From positions 800,001 through 864,000 of the forward strand of contig OY821641.1 of the NCBI GenBank assembly GCA_963555995.3: a stretch of DNA of 64,000 nt. Reading direction: 5' to 3'. The translations under genes were made by a program, and so were the position numbers. Source of the DNA: Vicinamibacteria bacterium (lineage in GTDB: Bacteria; Acidobacteriota; Vicinamibacteria; Marinacidobacterales; Marinacidobacteraceae). This document shows, in pieces, positions 17,644-27,615 of this stretch. The notes beneath the pieces were generated by a model. The model was not told the DNA's origin, did no database searches, and saw only the letters and a program-made list of their open reading frames with translations. Within the stretch, counting starts at the first letter, position 1, and each line of letters starts with the position of its first letter.

Positions 17644-20079
17644 ATGCGCGTCCCCCTCCGTTGGCTCGAGACCATGGTGCCGCTCCCGGAGGACGTCGAG
17701 GCGCTGGCGCACCGGCTGACCCTGGCGGGCCTCGAGGTCACCGACATCGAACGAACGGGCGGCGACTGGGACCGGGTGGTCGTCGGGCGGGTGCTGGAAG
17801 TGCGCCCCCACCCGGATGCCGATCGCCTGCGGCTGGTCACGGTGGACAAGGGCGGGGAGCGCCAGACGGTCGTCTGCGGCGCCTCGAACGTGGCCGCCGG
17901 CCAGGACATCGCGTTCGCCTCGGAGGGGGCGATGCTCACCGACCCGCGGACCGGAACCCCGCGCAAGCTGAAGAAGTCCCGCATCCGGGGGGTGGTCTCC
18001 GGCGGGATGGTGTGTTCGGAAGCGGAACTGGGCCTCTCCGCTGCCCACGAGGGAATCCTGGTTCTAGACACCTCCCGCCCGCCGGGGACGCCGCTCTCCG
18101 ATGTCCTCGGCGACCGGGTCTACGTGTTCGATCTCACCCCGAACCGGGCGGACGCGCTGTCCGTGCTGGGGGTGGCGCGCGAGGTCTCGGCGCTCACCGG
18201 CGCTCCCCTGACTCCACCGGAGACCGCGACCCCGAGGCCGGGTCCCGCCATCGAGGGACGCGCCGCGGTCGAGATCGCCGCTCCCGACCTGTGCCGCCGC
18301 TTCACGCTCGCGCTCATCGAGGACGTCGAGATCGCCCCCTCGCCCGCCTGGATGCAGGAACGGCTGACCGCCGCCGGGATGCGGCCCATCAACAACCTGG
18401 TGGACATCACGAACTACGTGATGCTGGAGTTGGGTCAGCCGGTCCACGCGTTCGACTACGACACGGTGCGCGACGGGCGCATCATCGTGCGGCGGGCGGC
18501 GCCGGGGGAAACGCTGACCACGCTGGACGGCAGGACGCGGCGACTCGACCCGGACCGGCTGGTGATCGCCGATCCCGGCGGGGCCATCGCGCTGGCCGGC
18601 GTGATGGGGGGGATCGAGACCGAGATCACCGATTCCACCCGGAACGTCCTGCTGGAGGTCGCGAACTTCGAGCCCGCGGGCGTGCGGCGTACCGCCCGGG
18701 CCTTCGACCTGCTCTCCGACGCCGCCCGGCGCTTCGCCTGGGGTCTGCCCCCCGAGATGCCGGAGGTCGCCTCCGCCCGCGTCTGCCGGCTGCTCGCGGA
18801 GTACGCGCGAGGACGCGTCGCCGCGGGCATGGTGGATTCCTGGCCGGTGCGCGAACCCGGGGTCACCATCGAGTTGCGCCGCTCGCGGGTCCCCCAGGTC
18901 CTCGGCATGGAGGTACCCCGGCCGGCGGTGCGGGCGGCGCTCGACGGCCTCGGATTCGAGGTGGAGGAGAACGACGACACGCTGACCGTCGGCGTTCCTT
19001 ACTGGCGCCGGGACGTGCGGGTCCCGGACGACCTGGTGGAAGAGGTCGCGCGCATCACGGGGTACGACGACCTGCCGGCGGCGCCGCTCGCCGGGGCCAT
19101 TCCCCATCATCCGCCGCTCCCCGCCCGCGACCTGCGCGAACGGGTCCGGGATCTCGCCGCCGAAGCCGCGCTCTACGAGGTACAGACGTACTCGCTGCTG
19201 TCGGATGCCGACCTCGCGGCGGTGACCCCGCCGGAGCTGCGCGACACGCCCCTCATCAAGGTCCGGAACCCCCTCGGAGAGGCCCGCGACACCCTGCGGA
19301 CGTCGCTTCGTCCCGGGATCCTGCGCGCCGCCGCCTCGAACGTGGCCCGGGGCGCCCGGGCCGTGCGGCTGTACGAGGTCGGAAGGTCGTATCACCCCTC
19401 CGGCAGCGACGACGGCCGCCCGGAGGAACGGGAGGCGGCGGTCGGGCTCGTCGCGGGGGTCCAGTTCGACCGTTTCGGCAGCCCGACCGAAACCGGACTC
19501 GACTTCTACGACGCCAAGGCGACCCTCGAACATGTCCTCGCCGGGCTTCGAGTCTCCGCGGATTTCCGGCCGGTGGCCGCTTTCGGTCTGCTCGAGGGAC
19601 GGACGGCGGAAGTCTCGGTAGAGGGGAGCGCCGTCGGCGTCCTCGGTCAGGTCCACCCCGAAACCGCGGCCGTCTTCGGAGTCGGGCAGGACGCCTTCCT
19701 GTGGGATTTGGACCTCTCGGCCCTGCTGGAGGCCGCCCCGGGGATGACCAAGCCGCCGGCCGCCGTCCCGTTGCCGCGTCATCCGTCCGCCGTCGAGGAC
19801 TTCGCGCTGTTGGTGGGGCCGGAACTGCTGGCCCAGGACCTCGTGCGGGAGGCGCTCGGACATCCCCTCGTCGTGGAGGCGCGGGTCTTCGACGACTACC
19901 GGCTCGAGGATTCCGGCGCCGAGGGCGAAGCGGGGGAGGCGAGGCGGTCGCTCGGCATCTCCGTCCGCTACCAGGCCCGCAACCGGACGCTGAACGAGAA
20001 CGACATTGCCAAGGTGCGGCGCACCATCCTGAAGCGGTTCAAGGCCAACCACGGTGCGGTCGTCCGGGAACGCGCCTGA
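17644..20079 (+). CDS. pheT: phenylalanine--tRNA ligase beta subunit
   Basis: MRVPLRWL, HPDADRL, VVCGASN, DLTPNRAD, INNLVDITNYVMLELGQP, DLVEEVARI, C-terminal FDX-ACB domain. Confidence 0.97.
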   Translation: MRVPLRWLETMVPLPEDVEALAHRLTLAGLEVTDIERTGGDWDRVVVGRVLEVRPHPDADRLRLVTVDKGGERQTVVCGASNVAAGQDIAFASEGAMLTDPRTGTPRKLKKSRIRGVVSGGMVCSEAELGLSAAHEGILVLDTSRPPGTPLSDVLGDRVYVFDLTPNRADALSVLGVAREVSALTGAPLTPPETATPRPGPAIEGRAAVEIAAPDLCRRFTLALIEDVEIAPSPAWMQERLTAAGMRPINNLVDITNYVMLELGQPVHAFDYDTVRDGRIIVRRAAPGETLTTLDGRTRRLDPDRLVIADPGGAIALAGVMGGIETEITDSTRNVLLEVANFEPAGVRRTARAFDLLSDAARRFAWGLPPEMPEVASARVCRLLAEYARGRVAAGMVDSWPVREPGVTIELRRSRVPQVLGMEVPRPAVRAALDGLGFEVEENDDTLTVGVPYWRRDVRVPDDLVEEVARITGYDDLPAAPLAGAIPHHPPLPARDLRERVRDLAAEAALYEVQTYSLLSDADLAAVTPPELRDTPLIKVRNPLGEARDTLRTSLRPGILRAAASNVARGARAVRLYEVGRSYHPSGSDDGRPEEREAAVGLVAGVQFDRFGSPTETGLDFYDAKATLEHVLAGLRVSADFRPVAAFGLLEGRTAEVSVEGSAVGVLGQVHPETAAVFGVGQDAFLWDLDLSALLEAAPGMTKPPAAVPLPRHPSAVEDFALLVGPELLAQDLVREALGHPLVVEARVFDDYRLEDSGAEGEAGEARRSLGISVRYQARNRTLNENDIAKVRRTILKRFKANHGAVVRERA

Positions 20080-20122
20080 ACCCACGCACCTCCCGGCCGG
20101 CCTGGTGGCCGCGTCGGCGGCC

Positions 20123-21055
20123 ATGCGTTCGCTGCTCGAGGAAGCGGCGCGCGTGGCCCGTTTCGACGTGCCGGTGCTGATCGAAGGGGAGACGGGTTCG
20201 GGCAAGGAGCTGCTCGCCCGGTACGTGCACGGCCGGAGCCCGCGGCGGGACCGCCCGCTGGTGGCGGTGAACTGCGGCGCGCTGCCCGACGGGCTGCTGG
20301 AGGCGGAGTTCTTCGGCCACGCCCGGGGCGCGTTCACCGGCGCCGAATCCGCCCGCGCGGGCCTGCTGGAGGCCGCCGACGGGGGCACGCTGTTCCTGGA
20401 CGAGGTGGGGGAGCTCTCGCCGGGCGGACAGGCGACCCTGCTCCGGGTGCTTCAGGAGCGGGAGTTCCGGCGGATCGGAGAGACTCGGGTGCGGCGCTCC
20501 GACTTCCGCCTGATCGCGGCGACGCACCGGCCGCTCGCCGAGCTCGCCGCCGCGCGGGAGTTCCGCCGGGACCTCTTCTACCGGCTGCGGGTCGTCCGGC
20601 TGCGCCTGCCGCCGCTGCGGGAACGGCGAGCGGAGATTCCCGAGCTTGCCGCCGCCCTCCTGACGCGGCTCGCCCGCCGGCATCGTCTCGCACCCGCGCG
20701 GCTGTCGGCGGACGCCCTCGAGGCGCTCGTCCGCCGCGACTGGCCGGGGAACGTCCGCGAACTGGAATCGGTCCTCGCCGAGGCGCTCATGCGCCGGCCC
20801 GGAATCCGCGTGATCGGTCCCGAGATGGTGGCCGGAGAGGGCGGCGAGACGTCCGGCCCAGCGCCCGCGGCGCCGGATCCGCTCCACGCGGTGATGGAGA
20901 TCCGCAGGCTGGCGCTCGCCCGGGCGGCCTTCGAGCGGCTCGTCCTGCTGCGGGCGCTGCGCCGCGCCGCCGGGAGCCGGGTCCGCGCCGCCCGCGAGCT
21001 GGGCATCTCCCGGCAGAGCCTCTGGCAAAAGCTGAGACGGCACGGGATCCCGTAA
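20123..21055 (+). CDS. sigma-54 enhancer-binding protein (AAA+ plus Fis HTH) lacking an N-terminal sensor domain
   Basis: GETGSGKE, GHARGAFTGA, GTLFLDEVGE, FRRDLFYRL, WPGNVREL, AARELGISRQSLWQKL; start uncertain (20054-20123). Confidence 0.88.
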   Translation: MRSLLEEAARVARFDVPVLIEGETGSGKELLARYVHGRSPRRDRPLVAVNCGALPDGLLEAEFFGHARGAFTGAESARAGLLEAADGGTLFLDEVGELSPGGQATLLRVLQEREFRRIGETRVRRSDFRLIAATHRPLAELAAAREFRRDLFYRLRVVRLRLPPLRERRAEIPELAAALLTRLARRHRLAPARLSADALEALVRRDWPGNVRELESVLAEALMRRPGIRVIGPEMVAGEGGETSGPAPAAPDPLHAVMEIRRLALARAAFERLVLLRALRRAAGSRVRAARELGISRQSLWQKLRRHGIP

Positions 21056-21067
21056 GGGCACGCCGGT

Positions 21068-21235
21068 TTGGAACGCCGGCTTCAGCCGGCACACCCCGCC
21101 GGAGGCGGGCGGCGGGAAGGACCTCATTCGCCGCGATGGCGCCGGGGGTCCCCTGTGGGTGCGCCCTGCAGGGACAGCTATGCGCCCTTCCGCTGCGCAC
21201 AGCGCAGCGGGTGCCGGCTGAAGCCGGCGTTCCAA
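21068..21235. repeat. REPIN-like doublet
   Basis: TTGGAACGCCGGCTTCAGCCGGCAC ... GTGCCGGCTGAAGCCGGCGTTCCAA with internal hairpins. Confidence 0.85.
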
Positions 21236-21333
21236 GCCGTTCCGCCGTCTCGTTCACCGGCGGCACGCAAAGTGGGGGAGGGAAGCTGGAGGTTCCCATA
21301 CGCTACCCGGCTTCACCTGTCCGGAGATTCCGC

Positions 21334-24282
21334 ATGACGCACCGCATCCCTCTTCTGCTGGTCCTGAGTCTCGCGCTCGCCACGGTCCCGGCCGCCGCCC
21401 AGGACGCCGGGGAAACCGTTCCCGTCATGGACGACCTGCCGCTCCGCTCCATCGGACCCGCGGTGATGGCGGGGAGGGTCTCCGACCTCGCGGTCGTGCC
21501 CGGACGCCCCTGGGAGTTCTACGCGGCCACCGCCTCGGGAGGCCTGTTCCGGACCCGGAACAACGGCGCCACCTGGGACTCCATCTTCGACCACTTCACC
21601 ACCACCTCCATCGGCGCGATCGCGCTCTCCCCGTCCGATCCGGCGACCGTCTGGGTGGGCACCGGCGAGCCGGCGAACCGGCAGAGTTCCTCCTTCGGCG
21701 ACGGGGTGTACGTCTCCTTCGACGGTGGGGACACCTTCCGCCACGCCGGCCTCGAGGAGTCCGAGCACATCGGGCGGATCGTCGCCGATCCCGACCGGCC
21801 GCGGCGCGCCTTCGTGGCCGCGGTGGGGCCGCTCTGGCGTTCCGGCGGCCAGCGCGGCGTCTTCCGCACCGAAGACGGCGGCGCGACCTGGGAGCACGTG
21901 CTCGACATCTCCGCCGACACCGGGGTGGTGGACCTCGAGATGGACCCCCGGAATCCGGCCATCCTCTACGCCGGCGCCTACACCCGCCGCCGGACCCCGT
22001 GGGGCTTCAACGGCGGCGGTCCCGAGGGCGGCATCTTCCGGACGACCGACGGCGGCGATACCTGGGAACGTCTCGAGGACGGGCTCCCCGAGGGTCCGCT
22101 CGGCCGGATCGGACTGGAGATCGCCGGCTCCAATCCGTTGAGCGTCTTCGCGCTGGTCGAGCACCGGACGGCCTCGGGTCTCTATCGCTCCCGCGACCGC
22201 GGCGCCTCCTGGGAGCGGATTTCGGACCTGAACCCGCGCCCCATGTACTACTCGCACGTCGAGGTGGACCCCACGGACATCCGGCGGGTCTACGTGCTCG
22301 GCTCGCAGTTCCACGTGTCCGAAGACGAAGGGCGCACCTTCTCGACCAACCGGGACATGACCCCGACCTACGACATCGGGGTCCACGGCGACCACCACGC
22401 GCTCTGGATTGATCCGGAGGCCCCCGAACACCTGCTGCTCGGAAACGACGGCGGCATCTACGAGTCGTGGGACCGGGCGGTGACCTGGCGGAAGATCAAC
22501 AACATCCCGCTCACCCAGTTCTACGCGATCTCGCTGGACCTGGAGACGCCGTACAACATCTACGGCGGGGCGCAGGACACCCACTCCTGGGTGGGCCCCT
22601 CCGCCACCCGCAACCAGGCCGGGATCCTGAACAGCGACTGGCGGCAGACGAACTTCGGTGACGGGATGGACCAGGAAGCGATTCCCCGGGAGCCCGGGAT
22701 CGCTCTCGCGTCCTCCCAGAACGGCAACCCCGTGCGGATCGACACCGCCACCGGAAACCGGACCACGGTCCGCCCCTTCCCCGACGAGGACGAGGACCGC
22801 TACCGCTTCCACTGGCTCTCGCCGATGGCCTCTTCGCACCACACGCCGGGGCGCCTCTACTTCGGCGGCAACCGGCTGTTCCTGTCCGACGATCTCGGCA
22901 GCCAGTGGCGCGCCACCGAGGACCTGACGCTGCGCGAGGACCGGAGCGAGCTTCCCATCCTGGGGGTGCTCCCCGCCGAAGGGATGCTCTCCATGCACGA
23001 CGGGGTGAGCGACTGGGGCACCCTCACCACGCTCGCGGAATCGCCGCTGGTTCCCGGCCTCATCTACGTCGGCTCCGACGACGGGCGGGTGGCCCGTTCC
23101 GACGACGACGGCCACACCTGGGAGTTCCTGGAAGCCAACCTGCCGCTCGAGGCGCTCCGGGCCACGATCAGCCGCGTCACCCCGTCGGCCCACGAGGAGG
23201 ACCGCCTCTACGTGGCGGTGGACCGCCACCACCTCGGCGACTTCGCCCCCTACGTCTTCGTGTCCGAGGACCGGGGCGCCAGCTTCGCCCCGATCGGTGC
23301 GGGACTGCCGCGGGGATGGGTCAACGACATCGTCGAGCACCCCCAGGGCGAGAACCTGTTGGTGGCGGGCACCGAGGTCGGCGCGTTCCTGTCCTTCGAC
23401 CGGGGCGGTTCCTGGGTACGGGTGGGCGGAGGACTCCCCCACGTCCCCGTGGATGACGTCGAGATCCATCCGCGCGAGCGGGACCTCGTGCTCGGCACCC
23501 ACGGGCGCTCCATCTACATCCTGGACGACAGCGCCCCCCTCGCCTGGCGCGATCCGGAAACCGCCACCGCCGAACTCTTCGAACCCCGGCCGGCGTCCGT
23601 CTTCCTGCCCTGGAAGCACGAGAGCTACGAGGGGCAGGCGCGCTACGCGGGGGAGAACCCCCCGGCCGGCGCGCTGCTGACCGTGTTCCGTCCCGAGGGC
23701 GACGGGCCGGCGGAGCGGGCGCTCGAGATCCGGGATCCATCGGGCGAGGTGGTCGCGCGTCGCGCGGTCGAGGCGCGATCCGGCTTCCAGCGGATCGTCT
23801 GGGACCTGCGGGCGGGCGCCGCGCCGGACGAAGCGCGGGGCGCCTGCGCCTCACCTCCTCCCCGGGTTCCCACCGGGACGTACGAGGTTCGCCTGACCGG
23901 CGACGGGGAGACCCCGCCGGTTCCGCTCGAAGTCCGGCTCGACCTTTCGGTCACGGTGAGCGAGGCCGCGTATGACCAGCGCGCCGCCTTCCTCGCGGAG
24001 ATTCACGGCGTGATGCGCGCATCGTGCCGGGCGGCCGCGGCTGCCGGAGATCCGGAGGGTCTGTCCGACGCCGCGCGCGACGCCCTCCGGCAGCTCCGGC
24101 CGGGCGGCGGCTTCCGGAATCCGTCCACGCTGGCCCGTCTCGGCCGGTTGTACGGCGAGTTCACCGGCGACGACGTCCGGCAGGGGACACTGGATGCCCC
24201 CACCATCGTCCATCGCCGGCGGTTCGAGCGCCTGCGCGCCCGGCTGAACGAGGCGATGGAGACGGTTGCGGGAGGTCGCTAG
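21334..24282 (+). CDS. secreted VPS10/BNR (Asp-box) beta-propeller glycosyl-hydrolase-like protein
   Basis: Signal peptide; RSIGPAVMAGRV; repeated S/TxDGGxTW Asp-boxes; HGDHHALWIDP; GTHGRSIYILDD. Confidence 0.88.
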   Translation: MTHRIPLLLVLSLALATVPAAAQDAGETVPVMDDLPLRSIGPAVMAGRVSDLAVVPGRPWEFYAATASGGLFRTRNNGATWDSIFDHFTTTSIGAIALSPSDPATVWVGTGEPANRQSSSFGDGVYVSFDGGDTFRHAGLEESEHIGRIVADPDRPRRAFVAAVGPLWRSGGQRGVFRTEDGGATWEHVLDISADTGVVDLEMDPRNPAILYAGAYTRRRTPWGFNGGGPEGGIFRTTDGGDTWERLEDGLPEGPLGRIGLEIAGSNPLSVFALVEHRTASGLYRSRDRGASWERISDLNPRPMYYSHVEVDPTDIRRVYVLGSQFHVSEDEGRTFSTNRDMTPTYDIGVHGDHHALWIDPEAPEHLLLGNDGGIYESWDRAVTWRKINNIPLTQFYAISLDLETPYNIYGGAQDTHSWVGPSATRNQAGILNSDWRQTNFGDGMDQEAIPREPGIALASSQNGNPVRIDTATGNRTTVRPFPDEDEDRYRFHWLSPMASSHHTPGRLYFGGNRLFLSDDLGSQWRATEDLTLREDRSELPILGVLPAEGMLSMHDGVSDWGTLTTLAESPLVPGLIYVGSDDGRVARSDDDGHTWEFLEANLPLEALRATISRVTPSAHEEDRLYVAVDRHHLGDFAPYVFVSEDRGASFAPIGAGLPRGWVNDIVEHPQGENLLVAGTEVGAFLSFDRGGSWVRVGGGLPHVPVDDVEIHPRERDLVLGTHGRSIYILDDSAPLAWRDPETATAELFEPRPASVFLPWKHESYEGQARYAGENPPAGALLTVFRPEGDGPAERALEIRDPSGEVVARRAVEARSGFQRIVWDLRAGAAPDEARGACASPPPRVPTGTYEVRLTGDGETPPVPLEVRLDLSVTVSEAAYDQRAAFLAEIHGVMRASCRAAAAAGDPEGLSDAARDALRQLRPGGGFRNPSTLARLGRLYGEFTGDDVRQGTLDAPTIVHRRRFERLRARLNEAMETVAGGR

Positions 24283-25112
24283 GCATCATCCGTCGGAGTC
24301 CCACCAGCCGGCAGAGCGACGCTGCCATCCGCGCGGGTTCCGCGCTCCCGCGCGGGTGCCGGCTGAAGCCGGCGTTCCAAACCGGCGTCGGCCAGCACCG
24401 CCGCGGTGCGGTGGGGGCGTGCTGCCGCGTCCAGAGCCCGGATGGAGGCGGCGAGGCGGGGCAGGTCTTCGGGGCGGTCCACGTCCCAGTGGCCGGCGAG
24501 TTCGCTGAACCCCAGGCCGGCGCGCCGGGCCGCTTGGGAGGTGGCCTCGCGGACGGCCCCGGTGCCCCACGGAATGCCGGCGAACAGGGATTCGACCGCC
24601 GCCGGCGGGGCCCGGTCGAGCGCGAGGCCGATCAGGACGTAGCCGCCGTCCTCGGCGGGGGCGAGGAGCGCGTCCCGGTCCGCGAGGCCGGAGAACGCGG
24701 CCTCCACCAGCGGCAGCGGGAGCAGGGGAGCGTCGGAGCCGATGATGGCGAGGCGTGCGGCTCCGTCCCGCCGCGCCTCCCGGGCGGCGCGGGCGAGCCG
24801 CTCGCCGAGGTCCCCGGGACCCTGGCTGGTGACGGTCCAGCCCTTCGGGATCTCCAGGGCTCCGGCCGGGAACCGGCCGTCGTGACGGACTTCCAGCGAG
24901 AGCGGCGGGGCTTCTTGGGCGGCGGCGCCCAAGGTGTGATCCAGCCGTTCGAGAAGGTCTTCGGTCATCGCCCGCTGGAGCGATGCCGCCTGGTCCGGCG
25001 TGAGGGGGGGGATGAGCCGGGTCTTGGCGGCGCCGGGAACGGGGATCCGCGTGAAGACGGAGAGGCGGCGCGGAGAGGTGGGACCGGCCGGGATGCCGGG
25101 CGTGTTCGTCAT
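24279..25112 (-). CDS. TIGR04282/DUF2064 nucleotidyltransferase/glycosyltransferase-like protein
   Basis: PGAAKTRL, QGPGDLGERL, IIGSDAP, PAEDGGYVLIG, GIPWGT, WDVDRPEDL. Confidence 0.88.
   Translation of the reverse strand: MTNTPGIPAGPTSPRRLSVFTRIPVPGAAKTRLIPPLTPDQAASLQRAMTEDLLERLDHTLGAAAQEAPPLSLEVRHDGRFPAGALEIPKGWTVTSQGPGDLGERLARAAREARRDGAARLAIIGSDAPLLPLPLVEAAFSGLADRDALLAPAEDGGYVLIGLALDRAPPAAVESLFAGIPWGTGAVREATSQAARRAGLGFSELAGHWDVDRPEDLPRLAASIRALDAAARPHRTAAVLADAGLERRLQPAPARERGTRADGSVALPAGGTPTDDA
24330..24380. repeat. REP copy inside the 3' end of the DUF2064 ORF
   Basis: GTGCCGGCTGAAGCCGGCGTTCCAA; translated as LERRLQPA. Confidence 0.75.
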
Positions 25113-25232
25113 GGCTGGGCGCCTCAAGCCGTACGCGGCGTGGCCGTGGTGGGGTTGCGCCGCCCGCCGCGCACCAGTGGCTGTGGAAATGCAGTCCTGC
25201 GGGTTGGCCAACAGCCGTGATGGCGCTGCCGT

Positions 25233-25394
25233 CTTGGAACGCCGGCTTCAGCCGGCACAGCGGCCCGCAGGGCCGCGGGCGGTGCGTCGCTACCCCGGAT
25301 GCGTTGGCGCGGGCAGGCTGGCCATCCGGGCGGATGGGGTCCGTCGCGGCGCCCGCCTTCGGCGGGCTGTGCCGGCTGAAGCCGGCGTTCCAAG
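25233..25394. repeat. REPIN-like doublet
   Basis: Inverted REP pair; internal hairpins GCGGCCC-GCA-GGGCCGC and GCCCGCC-TTC-GGCGGGC. Confidence 0.85.
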
Positions 25395-25398
25395 CCGT

Positions 25399-27615
25399 TC
25401 AGTTGCCGACCCGGGCCTCCGCCGCACCCGCGTTCCCCATGTCGTCCTCGACCTTCACCACGACGGATCCGGCGTTCGCCGGGAAATCGTCGAGGCGCGC
25501 GTCGTAGTCCTCGATCGGGGAGTCGGCGATCCCGTCCACGGGCCGCACCACCCGCGCGGGGCCGCCGTCCACGGAGACGGAGGCGCGCCGGATCGGGCTG
25601 CCGGCGTCGCTCGCGCGGAAGCGGATGCCGCCGTCCGCCGTGACCGTGAGGTCCGAAATCACCGGCGGCGTGTTGTCCACCGTGAAGGGCCGGCTGGTGC
25701 GGCTTCCGGTGAGCGTCTCGCCGGAAGGGTTGTCGGGAGAGTCCTCGGCCTCCACACGGAGTTCGTAGCGGCCGTCGGGCATCGTGGAGGTGTCCCAGGC
25801 GACGATGGTCTCCGACAGTCCGGACCGCAGGGGCTGCCACGGCACGTCGCCCTGACGCCGCACCGAGATCCGGTAGCGGAGCCGGTCGTCGTTGGGGTCG
25901 TCCGCCCGGAAGGTGGCGGTACGTACCCCGTGGAGGTAGAGCTGGCGCCCGCTTCCCGCGGGGAGTGCGGAACCCGATTGGCCCCGGCGGGCGGCATCGG
26001 TCATCTCCGGCCGGCGCTCCATCCCCTGGAGGCGGGGCGCCGAGGTGTTCAACATTTCCTCGAACGCGAGTCCGGGGGGGTGGAGGGTGATCCCGGTCAC
26101 CCGGGGGGCCAGGTTCACGGGGAGGTACGCCGCTTCGAGCGACGCCAGCTCCGGAGAGGAACTGCCGTCCGAACGCAGGGTGGCCCGCCACTGCAGGAAG
26201 CGCGCGGCGGGGCTCGCGATGGCGGCGTCCGCCGCGGCGGACACCCAGTCGCTCCAGGTCTCGTCCGGCTCCGCCGAGTTCCCGGTGCGGGTCTCGACGC
26301 CCACCGCGGAACCGGGAGGCGTCCGCACCTCCCAGGAGATGCGTCCGAAACGGGCTGCGCCGCCGGCGTCCAGAACGCGCGAGCGATAGGCGCCCTCGGT
26401 GCGCGGGGAGGCGGAGAGTTCGAGCACCCTCCCCGGATTCGAGGCGCCCAGCAGGGTGACGCCTCCCTCCGAGACCGCCGCGGTGACCGCTTCCGAATCC
26501 ACGCGGAACAGGAGCGTGACCTCGCCGTCGCGCGTGAGGCGGTACACCCGCCCGCGGTCGCCGGTGCCGAGGAGGAGACGTTCGTCGCGGAGCATCGCGA
26601 GGGACAGCGGCCGGTCGCGGCCCGACTCCCAGATCGTCCGGGCCGCCCCGCTCGGCGCGATGCGGTAGAGCGCGCCCATCACGCCGTTCGCCGAGGTGGC
26701 CGCCGGTCCCGGCGACGGGACCGGACCCGCGGCGGCGAGCACCCGGAAGGACGTCGTGGCCACCACTCCCGCACTCACCGGAGAGGGCTCGGAGGGCGGC
26801 GGCGCCGCACCGGCGGCCGCCGCGCGACCCGGGGATGCCGCGACCGCCGCGGCGAAGACCTCACCCGCGGCGTTCAGCGCCAGGGCGCGGATCTCCGCGA
26901 GGGGACTGTCGTAGAGCGCCATCGCCCCCGATTCGCCGGCGATCCGGAAGACGATGCCGGAAGGTTCGGTTCCGAGGTGGATCGTTCCGTCCGGGGCGCG
27001 ATGGAGCGCGGTCACGTTCTCCTCGCTGGTGGTGAAGATGGTCTCCGCGCTTCCCGAAGGTTGCACGCGGATCACGGAGCCGGGCATGCCGGTGGCCACC
27101 AGCAGGCTGCCTCCCGGTTCGGGGACGATCGCCCAGATGTAACGGGCCTCCGGCTGGTGGAAGACCCCGCGCTCCCCTCCGGGCAGGATGCGCTGCACGC
27201 TCCCCCCCGGCGCGGTCGCGAAATAGACGGCGCCGTCGGCGCCCACCGCCACCGCGTGGATTCCGACTTCTCCGGTGTCGGCCAGTACCTCGGAGGCGCC
27301 CTGCCGGACGCGGATCAGGGTTCCCTGGGCGCCTCCGCCCGCGATGACTCCCCCGGAACCGTCGGAAGCCACCGACCAGATGAAGGGCTGCTCGGACTCG
27401 TGGAGGCTCCTGAGGGCCGGCGCCAGCCGGACCTGGCCCTCCGGGCCGATGCTCACGCCGTCGCTCTCTCCGGCGAGGAAGTCTCCCGAGGTCTCGAAGC
27501 GCCAGAAATCCCGGTTCCCGGCGAAGGCCCATCCCGCCGCGGATGCGAGGAGAAGCGCGGCCAGCACGCGGCGGCGTCCCGCTTCCCGGCGCCGGGACCG
27601 GACGCGCACCGTCAC
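25399..27615 (-). CDS. secreted beta-propeller plus Ig/FN3-like protein, partner of the SpoIVB peptidase gene
   Basis: Signal peptide (AGWAFA); repeated YIWA/LxxGTG-xGxVYR blades; TRTGNS..PD..WSDW; WDTSTMPDGRY; VDNTPP; GTG start overlaps the upstream stop. Confidence 0.75.
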   Translation of the reverse strand: MTVRVRSRRREAGRRRVLAALLLASAAGWAFAGNRDFWRFETSGDFLAGESDGVSIGPEGQVRLAPALRSLHESEQPFIWSVASDGSGGVIAGGGAQGTLIRVRQGASEVLADTGEVGIHAVAVGADGAVYFATAPGGSVQRILPGGERGVFHQPEARYIWAIVPEPGGSLLVATGMPGSVIRVQPSGSAETIFTTSEENVTALHRAPDGTIHLGTEPSGIVFRIAGESGAMALYDSPLAEIRALALNAAGEVFAAAVAASPGRAAAAGAAPPPSEPSPVSAGVVATTSFRVLAAAGPVPSPGPAATSANGVMGALYRIAPSGAARTIWESGRDRPLSLAMLRDERLLLGTGDRGRVYRLTRDGEVTLLFRVDSEAVTAAVSEGGVTLLGASNPGRVLELSASPRTEGAYRSRVLDAGGAARFGRISWEVRTPPGSAVGVETRTGNSAEPDETWSDWVSAAADAAIASPAARFLQWRATLRSDGSSSPELASLEAAYLPVNLAPRVTGITLHPPGLAFEEMLNTSAPRLQGMERRPEMTDAARRGQSGSALPAGSGRQLYLHGVRTATFRADDPNDDRLRYRISVRRQGDVPWQPLRSGLSETIVAWDTSTMPDGRYELRVEAEDSPDNPSGETLTGSRTSRPFTVDNTPPVISDLTVTADGGIRFRASDAGSPIRRASVSVDGGPARVVRPVDGIADSPIEDYDARLDDFPANAGSVVVKVEDDMGNAGAAEARVGN

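Noticed and set aside
21261-21275. CGGCACGCAAAGTGG as a sigma-54 promoter for the VPS10 gene
   Set aside because: Lacks the invariant -12 GC.
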